A stretch of 64,000 nt of DNA, from positions 768,001-832,000 of the forward strand of contig CBDCOZ010000003.1 of the NCBI GenBank assembly GCA_965220085.1. Reading direction: 5' to 3'. This stretch comes from Candidatus Oxydemutatoraceae bacterium (lineage in GTDB: Bacteria > Pseudomonadota > Gammaproteobacteria > Poriferisulfidales > Oxydemutatoraceae). Positions 20,739 through 30,280 of this stretch are shown piece after piece. Within the stretch, counting starts at the first letter, position 1; the number at the start of each line of letters is the position of its first letter. The notes below the pieces were generated by a model that saw nothing but the letters and a program-made list of their open reading frames with translations, did not search any database and had not been told where the DNA came from. The position numbers and the translations under genes were made by a program.

Positions 20739-21167
20739 CGCGCGTACCGGCGGCGGGGTTGAGTGCGCGCATTGCGACTCGGCAAAGCGCTCCGGCAGCG
20801 GCAACAAAACTTCCGGCGCCGCCACAGTTTCGGCGGTCGGCAGTCGGCGTTAGGGTGCGCTTTCACAGGGCGGTATTTCTGCCGCCGCCGCTATGACCGT
20901 GTGTGAAATCGCGGGCAGACATTGCTTTTGCAACAACTTTCATTGTTGCCGGACGGGGCGGGCATATGCGTCCTTTTCCCGCGTCAACGGCGGTTATCCT
21001 TGCGCGGGCAGCAATTCGGCGGTCGGCAGCGCTAAACCGCTCATTGAGAAGGAGCGCAGAGTTCCTTGCGCGGGCAGCAATTCGGCGGTCGGCGGCGCGG
21101 TTTGTACTATAATCATTTTAGCCATTCAGTTCATCTGATTATTTTCGTTTTGGATTTGGAGACGCAG

Positions 21168-21632
21168 ATGTTGTTATTTGTGTGCTCGCGCAATATCTGT
21201 CGCTCAGCTGTTGCCGAAGCAGTATTCAATTATATTTTGCAATCTTCGGGCCGAAGCCCGGCGGCGCAGTCCGCGGGCGCCCGCGCGGATTGCCCGGGAG
21301 AACCCGCCGATTCGCTTATGCGACAAGTTGCCGCGCGCCGCGGCTATGATTTGTCCGCGCATTCTTCGCGCGCGATGGACAGCCTGTCGCCGTCCGACTT
21401 CTCGCATGCGTTTTGGCTCGATGCCTCCCAGCGCGACCCGTTGCGGCGCTGGGCGAGCGGCGCGGACATCGCCATCGCGCCGTTGATGCGCTACTCCGAG
21501 TATTATGCGACCGATGAGGTGTTGATGCCCGCGGCCGCTTCGGCGGCACACGGGTATGCGCTGATGTTGGATCAGGTTGAGGACGCGTGTCTCGGCTTGT
21601 GGCATCATCTCACAAAGGAAGGGGTGTTTTGA
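21168..21632 (+). CDS. Low-molecular-weight protein-tyrosine phosphatase family protein (divergent)
   Basis: FVCSRNICRSAVAE P-loop; SAG; RGYDLSAHSSR. Confidence 0.8.
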   Translation: MLLFVCSRNICRSAVAEAVFNYILQSSGRSPAAQSAGARADCPGEPADSLMRQVAARRGYDLSAHSSRAMDSLSPSDFSHAFWLDASQRDPLRRWASGADIAIAPLMRYSEYYATDEVLMPAAASAAHGYALMLDQVEDACLGLWHHLTKEGVF

Positions 21633-22762
21633 GCACGTTTGATCCGTTTGCGCTTTGTCAGCCGGGCCTGCGCGATATCAAACCGTATCAGCCGGGCAGT
21701 ACCGCGGAACAAATTGAAGAGAAATTCGGCATTCGCGACGCTCTCAAATTGGCGTCCAACGAGAACCTGCTCGGCCCGAGCGAGCGGGTTGCGCAGGCGC
21801 TGAATGACGGCGGCAAAGAGGCGCGCTTTTACCCCGATGGCGCGGGGCGGGCGTTGAAAGAGTTGCTGGCGGCGCACTGCGATGTGACACCCGCGCAGAT
21901 CACGCTTGGGAACGGTTCCAACGAACTGCTGGAGCTCATCGCGCGGGGGTTTCTCGCGCCCGCAAAGAGCGCGGCGTATTCGCAACACGCATTCGCGGCA
22001 TATGAGTTGGTGACCAAACTGAGCGGCGCGAAAGCGGTCGTCGCAGCGGCGCGTTCGCCCGCCGATGAAAGCATGCCTTATGGGTGCGATCTGGCGGCGA
22101 TGGGCGCGGCTATCGGGCCGGCGACAGCGGTTGTTTTTATCGCCAACCCGAACAATCCGACCGGCACTTGGCTTGCGACATCCGAGTTATACGACTTTGT
22201 GCGCGCCGTGCCCGCCAATACGATTGTCGTCATCGACGAAGCGTATGCGGAGTATGTCGAAGCGCCCGACTATCCGAGTTGCGCCGGATGGCTTGCGGAG
22301 TTTCCCAATCTGATCGTGACGCGCACCTTTTCCAAGTTGTTTGCGCTGGCCGGTTTGCGCATCGGCTATGCTGTGTCCTCGCCCGCGATCGCCGATATTC
22401 TGGATCGTTTGCGCCAACCGTTTAATGTCAATGCGCTGGCGCAGGCGGCGGCGGCGGTAGCACTCTCTGATCGGGCGCATATCGCCAAAAGCATCGCTTT
22501 GAATCGCGAGGGGCTGGCGATATTGCGCGAGGGGCTTGAGGGCATGAACCTCGCTTGCCTGCCGTCGGCGGCAAACTTTATCTGTTGCGAAGTCGGCGAT
22601 GCGCAGTCGGTTTATAAACGGTTGCTTGAGCAGGGCGTTATCGTGCGCCCGATAGGCGGATATGATCTGCCTTGCCATTTAAGAATTACCGTGGGTTTGC
22701 CCGAACACAATGAGCGTTTTCTCAGCGCCATGAGACGGGTCATGAGACGGGTGACGGCGTAA
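21629..22762 (+). CDS. hisC: Histidinol-phosphate aminotransferase
   Basis: KLASNEN, GNGSNEL, NPNNPTG, DEAY, RTFSKLFALAGLRIGY. Confidence 0.93.
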   Translation: MSTFDPFALCQPGLRDIKPYQPGSTAEQIEEKFGIRDALKLASNENLLGPSERVAQALNDGGKEARFYPDGAGRALKELLAAHCDVTPAQITLGNGSNELLELIARGFLAPAKSAAYSQHAFAAYELVTKLSGAKAVVAAARSPADESMPYGCDLAAMGAAIGPATAVVFIANPNNPTGTWLATSELYDFVRAVPANTIVVIDEAYAEYVEAPDYPSCAGWLAEFPNLIVTRTFSKLFALAGLRIGYAVSSPAIADILDRLRQPFNVNALAQAAAAVALSDRAHIAKSIALNREGLAILREGLEGMNLACLPSAANFICCEVGDAQSVYKRLLEQGVIVRPIGGYDLPCHLRITVGLPEHNERFLSAMRRVMRRVTA

Positions 22763-22786
22763 GTTTCCGCTGATATCTCTCGGCAA

Positions 22787-23683
22787 ATGAAGCATATAAA
22801 AGAAAGCGCGAATGCACTGCCCGATCATCTCGGCATCATCGGCACCGGCTTGATCGGCGTCTCGCTGGTTCTGGCGCTGAAACAGCGCGGACTGAAATTG
22901 AAAGTGACCGGCTTTGATGCGAACCGCGCGCATCTGCAATGCGCCGCGGAGGTCGCCGGCTTTGATGCGCTGGCTGACTCGCCGCAACAGGCGGCGGCCG
23001 GCGGCGGGGTGATTGTTCTTGCGACGCACCCGAGCGCGATGCGCGAAGTGTTCGAGCAACTGGGTTCTCTTGATGCGGGCGCGGTCGTAAGCGATGTCGG
23101 CAGCGTCAAGCGCAGCATCATCCGCTCCGCCGAGACGGCGTTAGGCGACGATTGCGCGCAGTTTGTCCCGTCGCATCCGATTGCCGGCACCGAGCGCAGC
23201 GGCCCGCAGGCGGCGGATGCGATGTTGTTTGAAGGGTGTGCCGCGGTAGTGACGCCGCTCCCCGGCAACGCGGCCTCTGCGGTGCGGGTGATTGCGGATT
23301 TGTGGCATCGGGCGGGCGCTGCGAAGGTGCTTGAGATGACGCCGGAAGAACACGACCGTATCTTTGCGCGCAGCAGCCACCTGCCGCATGCGCTGGCGTA
23401 TGCGTTGATGCACAGCATAAGCGACACCTTGTCCGCCGCCGATATGGATTTGTATTCCGCGGGGGGCTTGCGCGGTTTTGCCCGCCTGGCCGCCAGCGAC
23501 CCGGATTTGTGGTGCGATATTCTGCTGTCAAATTCCGACCGGATTATTCCCGCATTGCAATCGTTTCATGATTCCAGCGATAGCCTGCGGGCGATGTTGG
23601 AGCGCCGCGATGCCGACGGTTTGCGCGATCTGTTCCGTCAGGTGAAGTGCTGTTGCCGCCGGCCCGACGGGGGAGGCGAATAG
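22787..23683 (+). CDS. tyrA: Prephenate/arogenate dehydrogenase
   Basis: GTGLIG, DVGSVK, HPIAGTERSG, EHDRIFARSSHLPH. Confidence 0.9.
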   Translation: MKHIKESANALPDHLGIIGTGLIGVSLVLALKQRGLKLKVTGFDANRAHLQCAAEVAGFDALADSPQQAAAGGGVIVLATHPSAMREVFEQLGSLDAGAVVSDVGSVKRSIIRSAETALGDDCAQFVPSHPIAGTERSGPQAADAMLFEGCAAVVTPLPGNAASAVRVIADLWHRAGAAKVLEMTPEEHDRIFARSSHLPHALAYALMHSISDTLSAADMDLYSAGGLRGFARLAASDPDLWCDILLSNSDRIIPALQSFHDSSDSLRAMLERRDADGLRDLFRQVKCCCRRPDGGGE

Positions 23684-23688
23684 GCGCC

Positions 23689-24999
23689 ATGTCCGCTCTT
23701 ACGCTTCGCTCACAACCGGTCGCCGCTTTGGCGGGCGAGGCGCGGGCGCCCGGGGACAAGTCTATTTCGCATCGCGCTTTGATGCTTGCGGCGATCGCCC
23801 GGGGCGACAGCGAGATTACCGGCTTCCTTCACAGCGACGATTGCCAGGCGACTGCCGATGCATTGCGTATGTTAGGGGTCTCCATTGAATATGACGGGCG
23901 CGATCGTGTGCTCGTGCGCGGCGGCGGGCGGCGGGCGTTTGCCGCCGCCGATGCCGAGATTGACCTCGGCAATTCCGGCACGTCGATGCGTTTATTGAGC
24001 GGCTTGCTCGTCGCGCAACCTTTTGCGAGCGCGCTGACCGGGGACAGGTCTTTGAATACGCGTCCGATGCAACGGATTACAGACCCCTTGCGGATGATGG
24101 GAGCGGATATTCAAGCGACGCCCGACGGCACGCCGCCTCTGGTGATCAAACCGTGCGCGGGCTTGCAAGGCATTTCTTACGCGTTGCCGATGTCCAGCGC
24201 GCAGGTGAAATCCTGCCTTTTGCTGGCCGGATTGTATGCCCGCGGGCGGACTACGGTGACCGAGCCCGCGCCAAGCCGCGATCATACCGAGCGGATGCTC
24301 CGAGCGTTTTCATATCCGCTGACCTGCGATCAAGGCGGTATCAGCCTAGAAGGCGGCGGCGAGCTGAGGGCGACCCGGGTGGATGTGCCGGGCGATATTT
24401 CATCGGCGATGTTTTTTATCGTCGCAGCCTGTATCATAAAGGGTTCTAAGTTGACGGTTCGCGATGTCGGGGTCAATCCGACCCGCATCGGAGCGATAGA
24501 TATTTTACGGAGCATGGGAGCGATGATAGAAATAAAACATATGCGCGAAGCAAACGGAGAGCCGCTTGCCGACATTGCGGTGGAGTCGCGTGATCTGCGC
24601 GGCGCGGAGATTGCGCCCGAACAAGTGCCGGCAGCGATCGATGAGTTCCCGATATTGTTTGTCGCCGCCGCTTGCGCGAAGGGCAAGACCTGTTTGCGCG
24701 GCGCGAAGGAGTTGCGGGTGAAAGAGAGCGATCGCATCGGCACGATGGCGGACGGGTTGCGGCGGTGCGGGGTGCGCGCCGAGACCTTTGACGAGGGCAT
24801 CGTGATCGAAGGCGGGGGGCTGAGCGGCGGCGCGGTCGATGCGGCGGATGATCATCGCGTTGCGATGGCGTTCTCTGTCGCCGGCGCTGTCGCGGCGGCG
24901 CCCGTTACGATTAAAAACTGCGCCGGTATCGCGAGTTCCTTCCCGGGCTTTGCCGAATGCGCCAACGCTATCGGCATGCATATCAGCGAGGAGACGTGA
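23689..24999 (+). CDS. aroA: 3-phosphoshikimate 1-carboxyvinyltransferase
   Basis: PGDKSISHR, GNSGTSMRL, SAQVKS, RDHTE, ELRVKESDRI, DHRVAM. Confidence 0.97.
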   Translation: MSALTLRSQPVAALAGEARAPGDKSISHRALMLAAIARGDSEITGFLHSDDCQATADALRMLGVSIEYDGRDRVLVRGGGRRAFAAADAEIDLGNSGTSMRLLSGLLVAQPFASALTGDRSLNTRPMQRITDPLRMMGADIQATPDGTPPLVIKPCAGLQGISYALPMSSAQVKSCLLLAGLYARGRTTVTEPAPSRDHTERMLRAFSYPLTCDQGGISLEGGGELRATRVDVPGDISSAMFFIVAACIIKGSKLTVRDVGVNPTRIGAIDILRSMGAMIEIKHMREANGEPLADIAVESRDLRGAEIAPEQVPAAIDEFPILFVAAACAKGKTCLRGAKELRVKESDRIGTMADGLRRCGVRAETFDEGIVIEGGGLSGGAVDAADDHRVAMAFSVAGAVAAAPVTIKNCAGIASSFPGFAECANAIGMHISEET

Positions 25000-25676
25000 T
25001 GGCGGCGGAAGTAATTGCGGTGGATGGCCCGGCGGGTTCCGGCAAGAGCACGATCGCTTCCGGACTCGCGCTTACTTTGAGTTTTCATCTGCTTGTCAGC
25101 GGCGCGCTATACCGCATCATAGGCGAGGCTTTTCGGAGAAAGTCTATCGATGTGCGCGACAGCGAGGCGATAACCAATCTGGTATCCGCGATCGATATGC
25201 AGTGCATACCGATGAAAGGCAAGACGCGCATTATCTATAATGGCACCGATGTGACGAATGAGATCAGCAAAGAATCGTATGCCGCCGACGCCTCGTATGT
25301 GGGCACTATTCCCAAGGTGCGCGAGGCGATATTGAATCTGCAGCGTTGTTATCGCGCAACACCGGGTCTTGTCGCCGAAGGACGGGATATGGGAAATGTG
25401 GTATTTCCCGAAGCCAAACTCAAGATATTTTTGACTGCCAGCATTGAGGTTCGCGCCGAACGGAGGCTCCGGCAGTTGAATAAATTGGGGGTAAATGCTA
25501 ATCTTAGCGACCTTGCCCAAGGCATATCGCAACGAGATGAGCAGGATGCGGGACGCGCTATTGCTCCCCTCAAATTGATGCCCGATGCCGCATTGGTGGA
25601 CACGAGCGATTTGACAGCGAAGGAAACGGTGGAGACTTTGATCGGCATGGCAAGAGAACGCGGAATTTGTCCGTAG
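24999..25676 (+). CDS. cmk: Cytidylate kinase
   Basis: IAVDGPAGSGKST, SGALYR, EGRDMG, KIFLTAS. Confidence 0.95.
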   Translation: MAAEVIAVDGPAGSGKSTIASGLALTLSFHLLVSGALYRIIGEAFRRKSIDVRDSEAITNLVSAIDMQCIPMKGKTRIIYNGTDVTNEISKESYAADASYVGTIPKVREAILNLQRCYRATPGLVAEGRDMGNVVFPEAKLKIFLTASIEVRAERRLRQLNKLGVNANLSDLAQGISQRDEQDAGRAIAPLKLMPDAALVDTSDLTAKETVETLIGMARERGICP

Positions 25677-25690
25677 CAAACAAATATATT

Positions 25691-27388
25691 ATGAGTGAAA
25701 ATTTTTCTGAATTATTTGAAAGTCAAAAGGAGAGCCTGAACATCAAGCGCGGCTCCTTGATTACCGGCATGGTCGCCGCGATCACCGATTCTACGGTTGT
25801 CATCAATGCGGGCCTGAAATCGGAGGGGGTGATTCCTTCCGATGAGTTTCTCGATCAGGACAACGAACTGGAGGTCGCTGTCGGCGACACGGTCGAGGTG
25901 GTGTTGGAGGCTTTGGAAGACAGCGTCGGCACCGTGAGTATGTCCCGTATCCGCGCGCGCCAGTTGCGGGTGTGGAAGCAACTCGAAGACGCCCACAAGG
26001 ATAACCTGACGATGAAAGGCATCTTTTCCGACAAGGTCAAAGGCGGGTTTACGGTGGATATAAACGGCGTGACCGCCTTTTTGCCCGGCTCCTTGACCGA
26101 TATCAAACCCGTGCGCGACAACAATCTCAGTTATCTTGAGAACAAAGAGATAGAATTCAAAGTCATCAAGCTCGACCACCAGCGCAATAATATTGTCGTA
26201 TCGCGCAAGGCGGTGCTGGAAACCGAACACAACGCCGAGCGCGAGGAGGCGGTGAAAAATCTCAAGCAAGGCGCTGTCGTCAAAGGCGTCGTCAAACACC
26301 TGACCAACTATGGCGCATTCTTGGGCTTCAACGGTCTTGACGGCCTGCTGCACATAACCGACATCGCATGGAAGCGCATCCGAGACCCTTCCGATGTGCT
26401 TGCCATCGGCGACGAAGTGGAAGTCAAAGTCCTCAATCACGACAAAGAGAAAGGCCGTATCTCGCTCGGCCTCAAGCAGATGACCGAAGACCCGTGGGAG
26501 AGGTTGGTTGAGCGTTATCCCGAGGGCACGCGCACCGTCGGCCGGGTGACGAACCTGACCGAGTACGGTTGCTTCGTTGAACTGGAAGAGAGCATAGAAG
26601 GGTTGGTGCATGTGTCCGAAATGGATTGGACAAACCGGAATATGACTCCTTCTAAGATGGTTTCTGTCGGCGACGAAGCGGAGGTGATGGTAATCGGCAT
26701 CGATAAGGCCAAGCGGCGCATATCGCTCGGCTTTAAGCAATGCACCCCGAATCCTTGGGCCGAGTTCTCGCGCAAATACCCGAAAGGGAGCAAGTTCAAA
26801 GGCGAGGTGAAATCGATCAACGATTTTGGCATTTTTGTCGGTGTGCCCGGGGGCAAGATTGACGGCTTGGTGCATACCAGCGATATCTCGGCGACCGAAC
26901 CCGCGGAGCAGGCCATATTGCAATACAAAAAAGGCGATATGGTCGAGGTGACGGTCTTTTCAACGGATATTGAGAAAGAGCGAATCGCGCTGAGTATCAA
27001 AGCGCTTCAGGACGATGTGTTGCAAGATTATTTTAATAAACACGGCAAAGGCTCGGCGGTTACCGGCACAGTGATTGCGGCGGAAGAGAAGCGGGTATGG
27101 GTGCGGCTTGCCGACAAAGTAAAAGGGATGGTGCCGCCGTCTGATTTCAAAGGCGAACACGGAAAGAAAAAGGTTGCGGAAGGGGATGAGGTCGAAGCGA
27201 AGGTAATGGGCATTGACAGAAAGAACTTTGCGATCAGGCTGTCCGTGAAAGAGAGAGAAAGAGAAGAGGAAGCGCGGGCTGTCAAAGAGTATTCGGCAAA
27301 AGAAGAATCTACCGGCGCTTCGTTGGGCGACCGCATCATAGGGAGTTCTATCATGGATAAGTTGTCGGGCCTGTTTAAGAAGAAGTGA
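25691..27388 (+). CDS. rpsA: 30S ribosomal protein S1
   Basis: Repeated S1 domains (AFLPGSL, DGLLHITD, EGLVHVSEMDW). Confidence 0.97.
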   Translation: MSENFSELFESQKESLNIKRGSLITGMVAAITDSTVVINAGLKSEGVIPSDEFLDQDNELEVAVGDTVEVVLEALEDSVGTVSMSRIRARQLRVWKQLEDAHKDNLTMKGIFSDKVKGGFTVDINGVTAFLPGSLTDIKPVRDNNLSYLENKEIEFKVIKLDHQRNNIVVSRKAVLETEHNAEREEAVKNLKQGAVVKGVVKHLTNYGAFLGFNGLDGLLHITDIAWKRIRDPSDVLAIGDEVEVKVLNHDKEKGRISLGLKQMTEDPWERLVERYPEGTRTVGRVTNLTEYGCFVELEESIEGLVHVSEMDWTNRNMTPSKMVSVGDEAEVMVIGIDKAKRRISLGFKQCTPNPWAEFSRKYPKGSKFKGEVKSINDFGIFVGVPGGKIDGLVHTSDISATEPAEQAILQYKKGDMVEVTVFSTDIEKERIALSIKALQDDVLQDYFNKHGKGSAVTGTVIAAEEKRVWVRLADKVKGMVPPSDFKGEHGKKKVAEGDEVEAKVMGIDRKNFAIRLSVKEREREEEARAVKEYSAKEESTGASLGDRIIGSSIMDKLSGLFKKK

Positions 27389-27407
27389 TATCGGGATATT
27401 TTTCAGT

Positions 27408-27749
27408 ATGTCAAACGATAAAAAATTTCCCGCAGTCAATTGCTCTGAGTTGATCGAGAGACTCGCCCGCAAGCAACCCCACCTCAAGCCCAAAGACATC
27501 AAGGATGCGGTCAGGCTGTCTCTTGATTGCATCAGCGAAAGTCTGGGACGAGGCGGACGGGTCGAAGTGCGTCACTTCGGCAGTTTCTCGGTGCACACGC
27601 ACAAAGAGAAACTGACTCGCAATTTGAAGACGCACAAAGCGGTCGTGGTTTCGTCCCGCAAGTCGCCGCACTTTAAGCCGAGTTCATCGCTTAAAAGACG
27701 CGTCAATAGGGTGAACAGCGACCCCGGTTACTACGACGTTATTATCTGA
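27408..27749 (+). CDS. ihfB: Integration host factor beta subunit
   Basis: SELIERL, RVEVRHFGSFS, PHFKP; position after rpsA. Confidence 0.85.
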   Translation: MSNDKKFPAVNCSELIERLARKQPHLKPKDIKDAVRLSLDCISESLGRGGRVEVRHFGSFSVHTHKEKLTRNLKTHKAVVVSSRKSPHFKPSSSLKRRVNRVNSDPGYYDVII

Positions 27750-27784
27750 CTTTCTCGGACAGCGGCGGTTTTAAGGAGATCGTT

Positions 27785-28966
27785 ATGACTTCGTTTTTAA
27801 TGGGATGGTTTTGGTTCCTCTTGCCGCTGGCCGCATTGAGCGGTTGGTACTTTGGCACGCGGGAAAACGAAAACAACACATGGACGAAGACTCCGGAGTA
27901 TATTGCCGGCCTCAACTACCTTCTCAACCAGCAGACGACCAAAGCCATCGACACCTTGATTAAATTCTTCAAGGTAAACCTGACCACCGTGGATACGCAC
28001 ATCATTCTGGGCAATCTGTTCCGCGAGAAAGGGGAACTTGAAAAAGCGATAAAGATACATCACAACGTGGTATCGCGCGACAATATTAGCGGCGAAACAA
28101 GGGTGATGGCGATGCTTGAACTCGGGCGCGACTACTTCTCTTCGGGTTTGTTGGACAATGCCGAAGAGATTTTTCTGAAACTGACCCAATGCGATTCGCG
28201 CTCGGCGGTGCGCGAAGCGCATATCAGCCTGGTCACCATTTACGAGCGAGAAAAATCGTGGGAGAAGGCTATCAAATGCGCCGGTTATCTGATGAACAGC
28301 GGCGATCAGGAATATCGTCTGCGGATAACCCACTATCATTGCGAACAGGTCGACCAACTGCTGGCAAAGCATGATTACAAGCAAGCAAAAAAGAGCGTGG
28401 CAAACCTGCACTCCGCCGGCAATGTCAGAGCCGCCATCTTGGAAGGGGACGCGGAGTTTGTCTGCGGTCATCACTCGATTGCCATGCATCTGTATTCCAA
28501 TGTGTTCACCCGCTGGCCGGCTTATGCGCAGATCGTATTGCCCAAGTTGAAGGCTTGTTTCCCCCCGCACAGCATGGGGGAGTTTGCCAATCACTTGCAT
28601 AAGTTGACGCCGTCGGTGATGACCGTTTCTTATATCATGTCTTATACCCGCGCCTTGCTCGGTTCGCATAGGCCGGAAGAAGCCGAAGCGTTCGCATTGA
28701 ACTTGATCAAGAGCCAGTGCGTGCCGGTCTCAATGCTCAGACTGTTTATTGAGAACAGCATCAAAAGGGAGCAATCCGACGAGAAAGAACTGATGCCCCA
28801 TTTTGTCGAGGCGCTCAGACAACACGAGGAAGCCACCGGATTCTCTTGCTCGGAATGCGGTTTTGAAACCGCCCACCTGTATTGGCAATGCCCGAGTTGC
28901 CACAGTTGGCAGACCGCTTGTTCGTTGGATATAGTGGAATCTGCCAAAGACGCCTCGCTACAATAG
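27785..28966 (+). CDS. lapB: Lipopolysaccharide assembly protein B
   Basis: N-terminal TM helix, TPRs (LGNLFREKGE), C-terminal rubredoxin CSECGF...WQCPSC. Confidence 0.92.
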   Translation: MTSFLMGWFWFLLPLAALSGWYFGTRENENNTWTKTPEYIAGLNYLLNQQTTKAIDTLIKFFKVNLTTVDTHIILGNLFREKGELEKAIKIHHNVVSRDNISGETRVMAMLELGRDYFSSGLLDNAEEIFLKLTQCDSRSAVREAHISLVTIYEREKSWEKAIKCAGYLMNSGDQEYRLRITHYHCEQVDQLLAKHDYKQAKKSVANLHSAGNVRAAILEGDAEFVCGHHSIAMHLYSNVFTRWPAYAQIVLPKLKACFPPHSMGEFANHLHKLTPSVMTVSYIMSYTRALLGSHRPEEAEAFALNLIKSQCVPVSMLRLFIENSIKREQSDEKELMPHFVEALRQHEEATGFSCSECGFETAHLYWQCPSCHSWQTACSLDIVESAKDASLQ

Positions 28967-29141
28967 GCTAACGGCCTAAGCCACGGCTAAGCCTAAGCCG
29001 CTGCCCGCCCGCCGCGGCGCGCTTTGCCGCCAAATTTGCCGTTTGTCAGACGAATATGCGCTTTCGTCTCATTCGTCGCTTCGCCTTGTAAAAAGCGGTT
29101 TATGTTCTTGCTTCCTTCATTTTTTATATAGGAGAATTCTA

Positions 29142-29477
29142 ATGAAATGGTTTAAGTTTATTTCTATTATTTGTGCTGTTCTGCTAAGCGGCATGGTGTT
29201 TGCCGAAGTGAACCTCAATACGGCGAGCGAAGAGCAACTGACGGAGGGGCTGGTGAACATTGGCCCGTCCAAAGCGGCGGAGATCGTTCGCTATCGGGAA
29301 AAGTACGGCCCCTTCAAAAGCGTGGACGAACTGGTCGGCGTCAAGGGCATCGGCATAACGACCCTTGAAAGGAACCGTCACTTGCTGACTATCGAAGAAA
29401 GCAAGGCGGACGATAAGCCCGCGAAGATGGATCCCCCGTCACACGAATCCGAGAAGATGATGGGCGATGGCTCATGA
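29142..29477 (+). CDS. comEA: ComEA-family helix-hairpin-helix DNA-binding protein
   Basis: Signal peptide, VNLNTASEEQL, IGPSKA, GPFKSVDELVGVKGIG. Confidence 0.88.
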   Translation: MKWFKFISIICAVLLSGMVFAEVNLNTASEEQLTEGLVNIGPSKAAEIVRYREKYGPFKSVDELVGVKGIGITTLERNRHLLTIEESKADDKPAKMDPPSHESEKMMGDGS

Positions 29478-29545
29478 TAAGTTGCAACAAAACAGGCAAA
29501 GAGAACTCATCTCGCTAAGGTTGATTCTTTTTGGTTGTCTCCTCT

Positions 29546-29745
29546 GGCGGCGCCGAACTTTGGCGCCGCCCTTTTTAAGCGTCTCCGGCGGCGCCGAACT
29601 TTGGCGCCGTCTTTTGGGTTGTCTCTTCTGGTGGCACCGAACTCCGGTGCCGCCTTTTTTGGTTGTCCCCTCCGATGGCACCCGAACTCCGGTGCCGCCC
29701 TTTTTAAGCGTCTCTGGTGGCACCGAACTCCGGTGCTACCTTTTT
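29546..29745 (+). terminator. Five tandem intrinsic-terminator-like hairpins
   Basis: Unit of about 41-45 bp: GGYGGCRCCG-AACT-YYGGYGCCGCC followed by a T-tract, five copies. Confidence 0.75.
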
Positions 29746-29950
29746 AGGGCCTTTCAGACTTGACTCCGCCCGGCAACAACGGAAGTTGTTGTAAAACGGC
29801 GACATTTCATCGCTATTTTGACGATGGTCATAGCGGCGAGGGCAGCAATACCGCTGTGCCGCGATACCCCTAAACCCGCACCATAGCGCGAATTCCCGCC
29901 AGCGGAGAAGGGGAGCACCGGGGGGTGTGCGAGGGGTGAGACAGATACGC

Positions 29951-29978
29951 TTGCAAATGATCGAATGTATGGTATAGT
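29951..29978 (+). promoter_or_regulatory. Conserved promoter of tail-gene unit 4
   Basis: TTGCAA, 16-nt spacer, TGn-TATAGT. Confidence 0.6.
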
Positions 29979-30280
29979 GCGACACTAAGCGTTATATGTA
30001 CGCAAACAACTCAAGAAGTCACAAATAAAAATATCATTTGTGCCTCATTAAAAGTTGTTTGTGTACATTAAACAATCCACAAACAATGGAGTTGTTTGTG
30101 TACATATAACGTATAATTGAATTTTCTAAACATAGGAGATACAAACATTTGCAGATGACTTGCATTTTGTGGCAGGGCACACAGCAGTAAACAATCACAA
30201 ACAACGGAGTTGTTTGTGTGCATATGCCGCACAACTGTATTCGCTAGAAACAGGAAATACGAACCATTATGAATAATTAC

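Noticed and set aside
27750-29141. lapA and pyrF missing around lapB
   Set aside because: This cluster varies among Gammaproteobacteria, and loss cannot be judged from one window.
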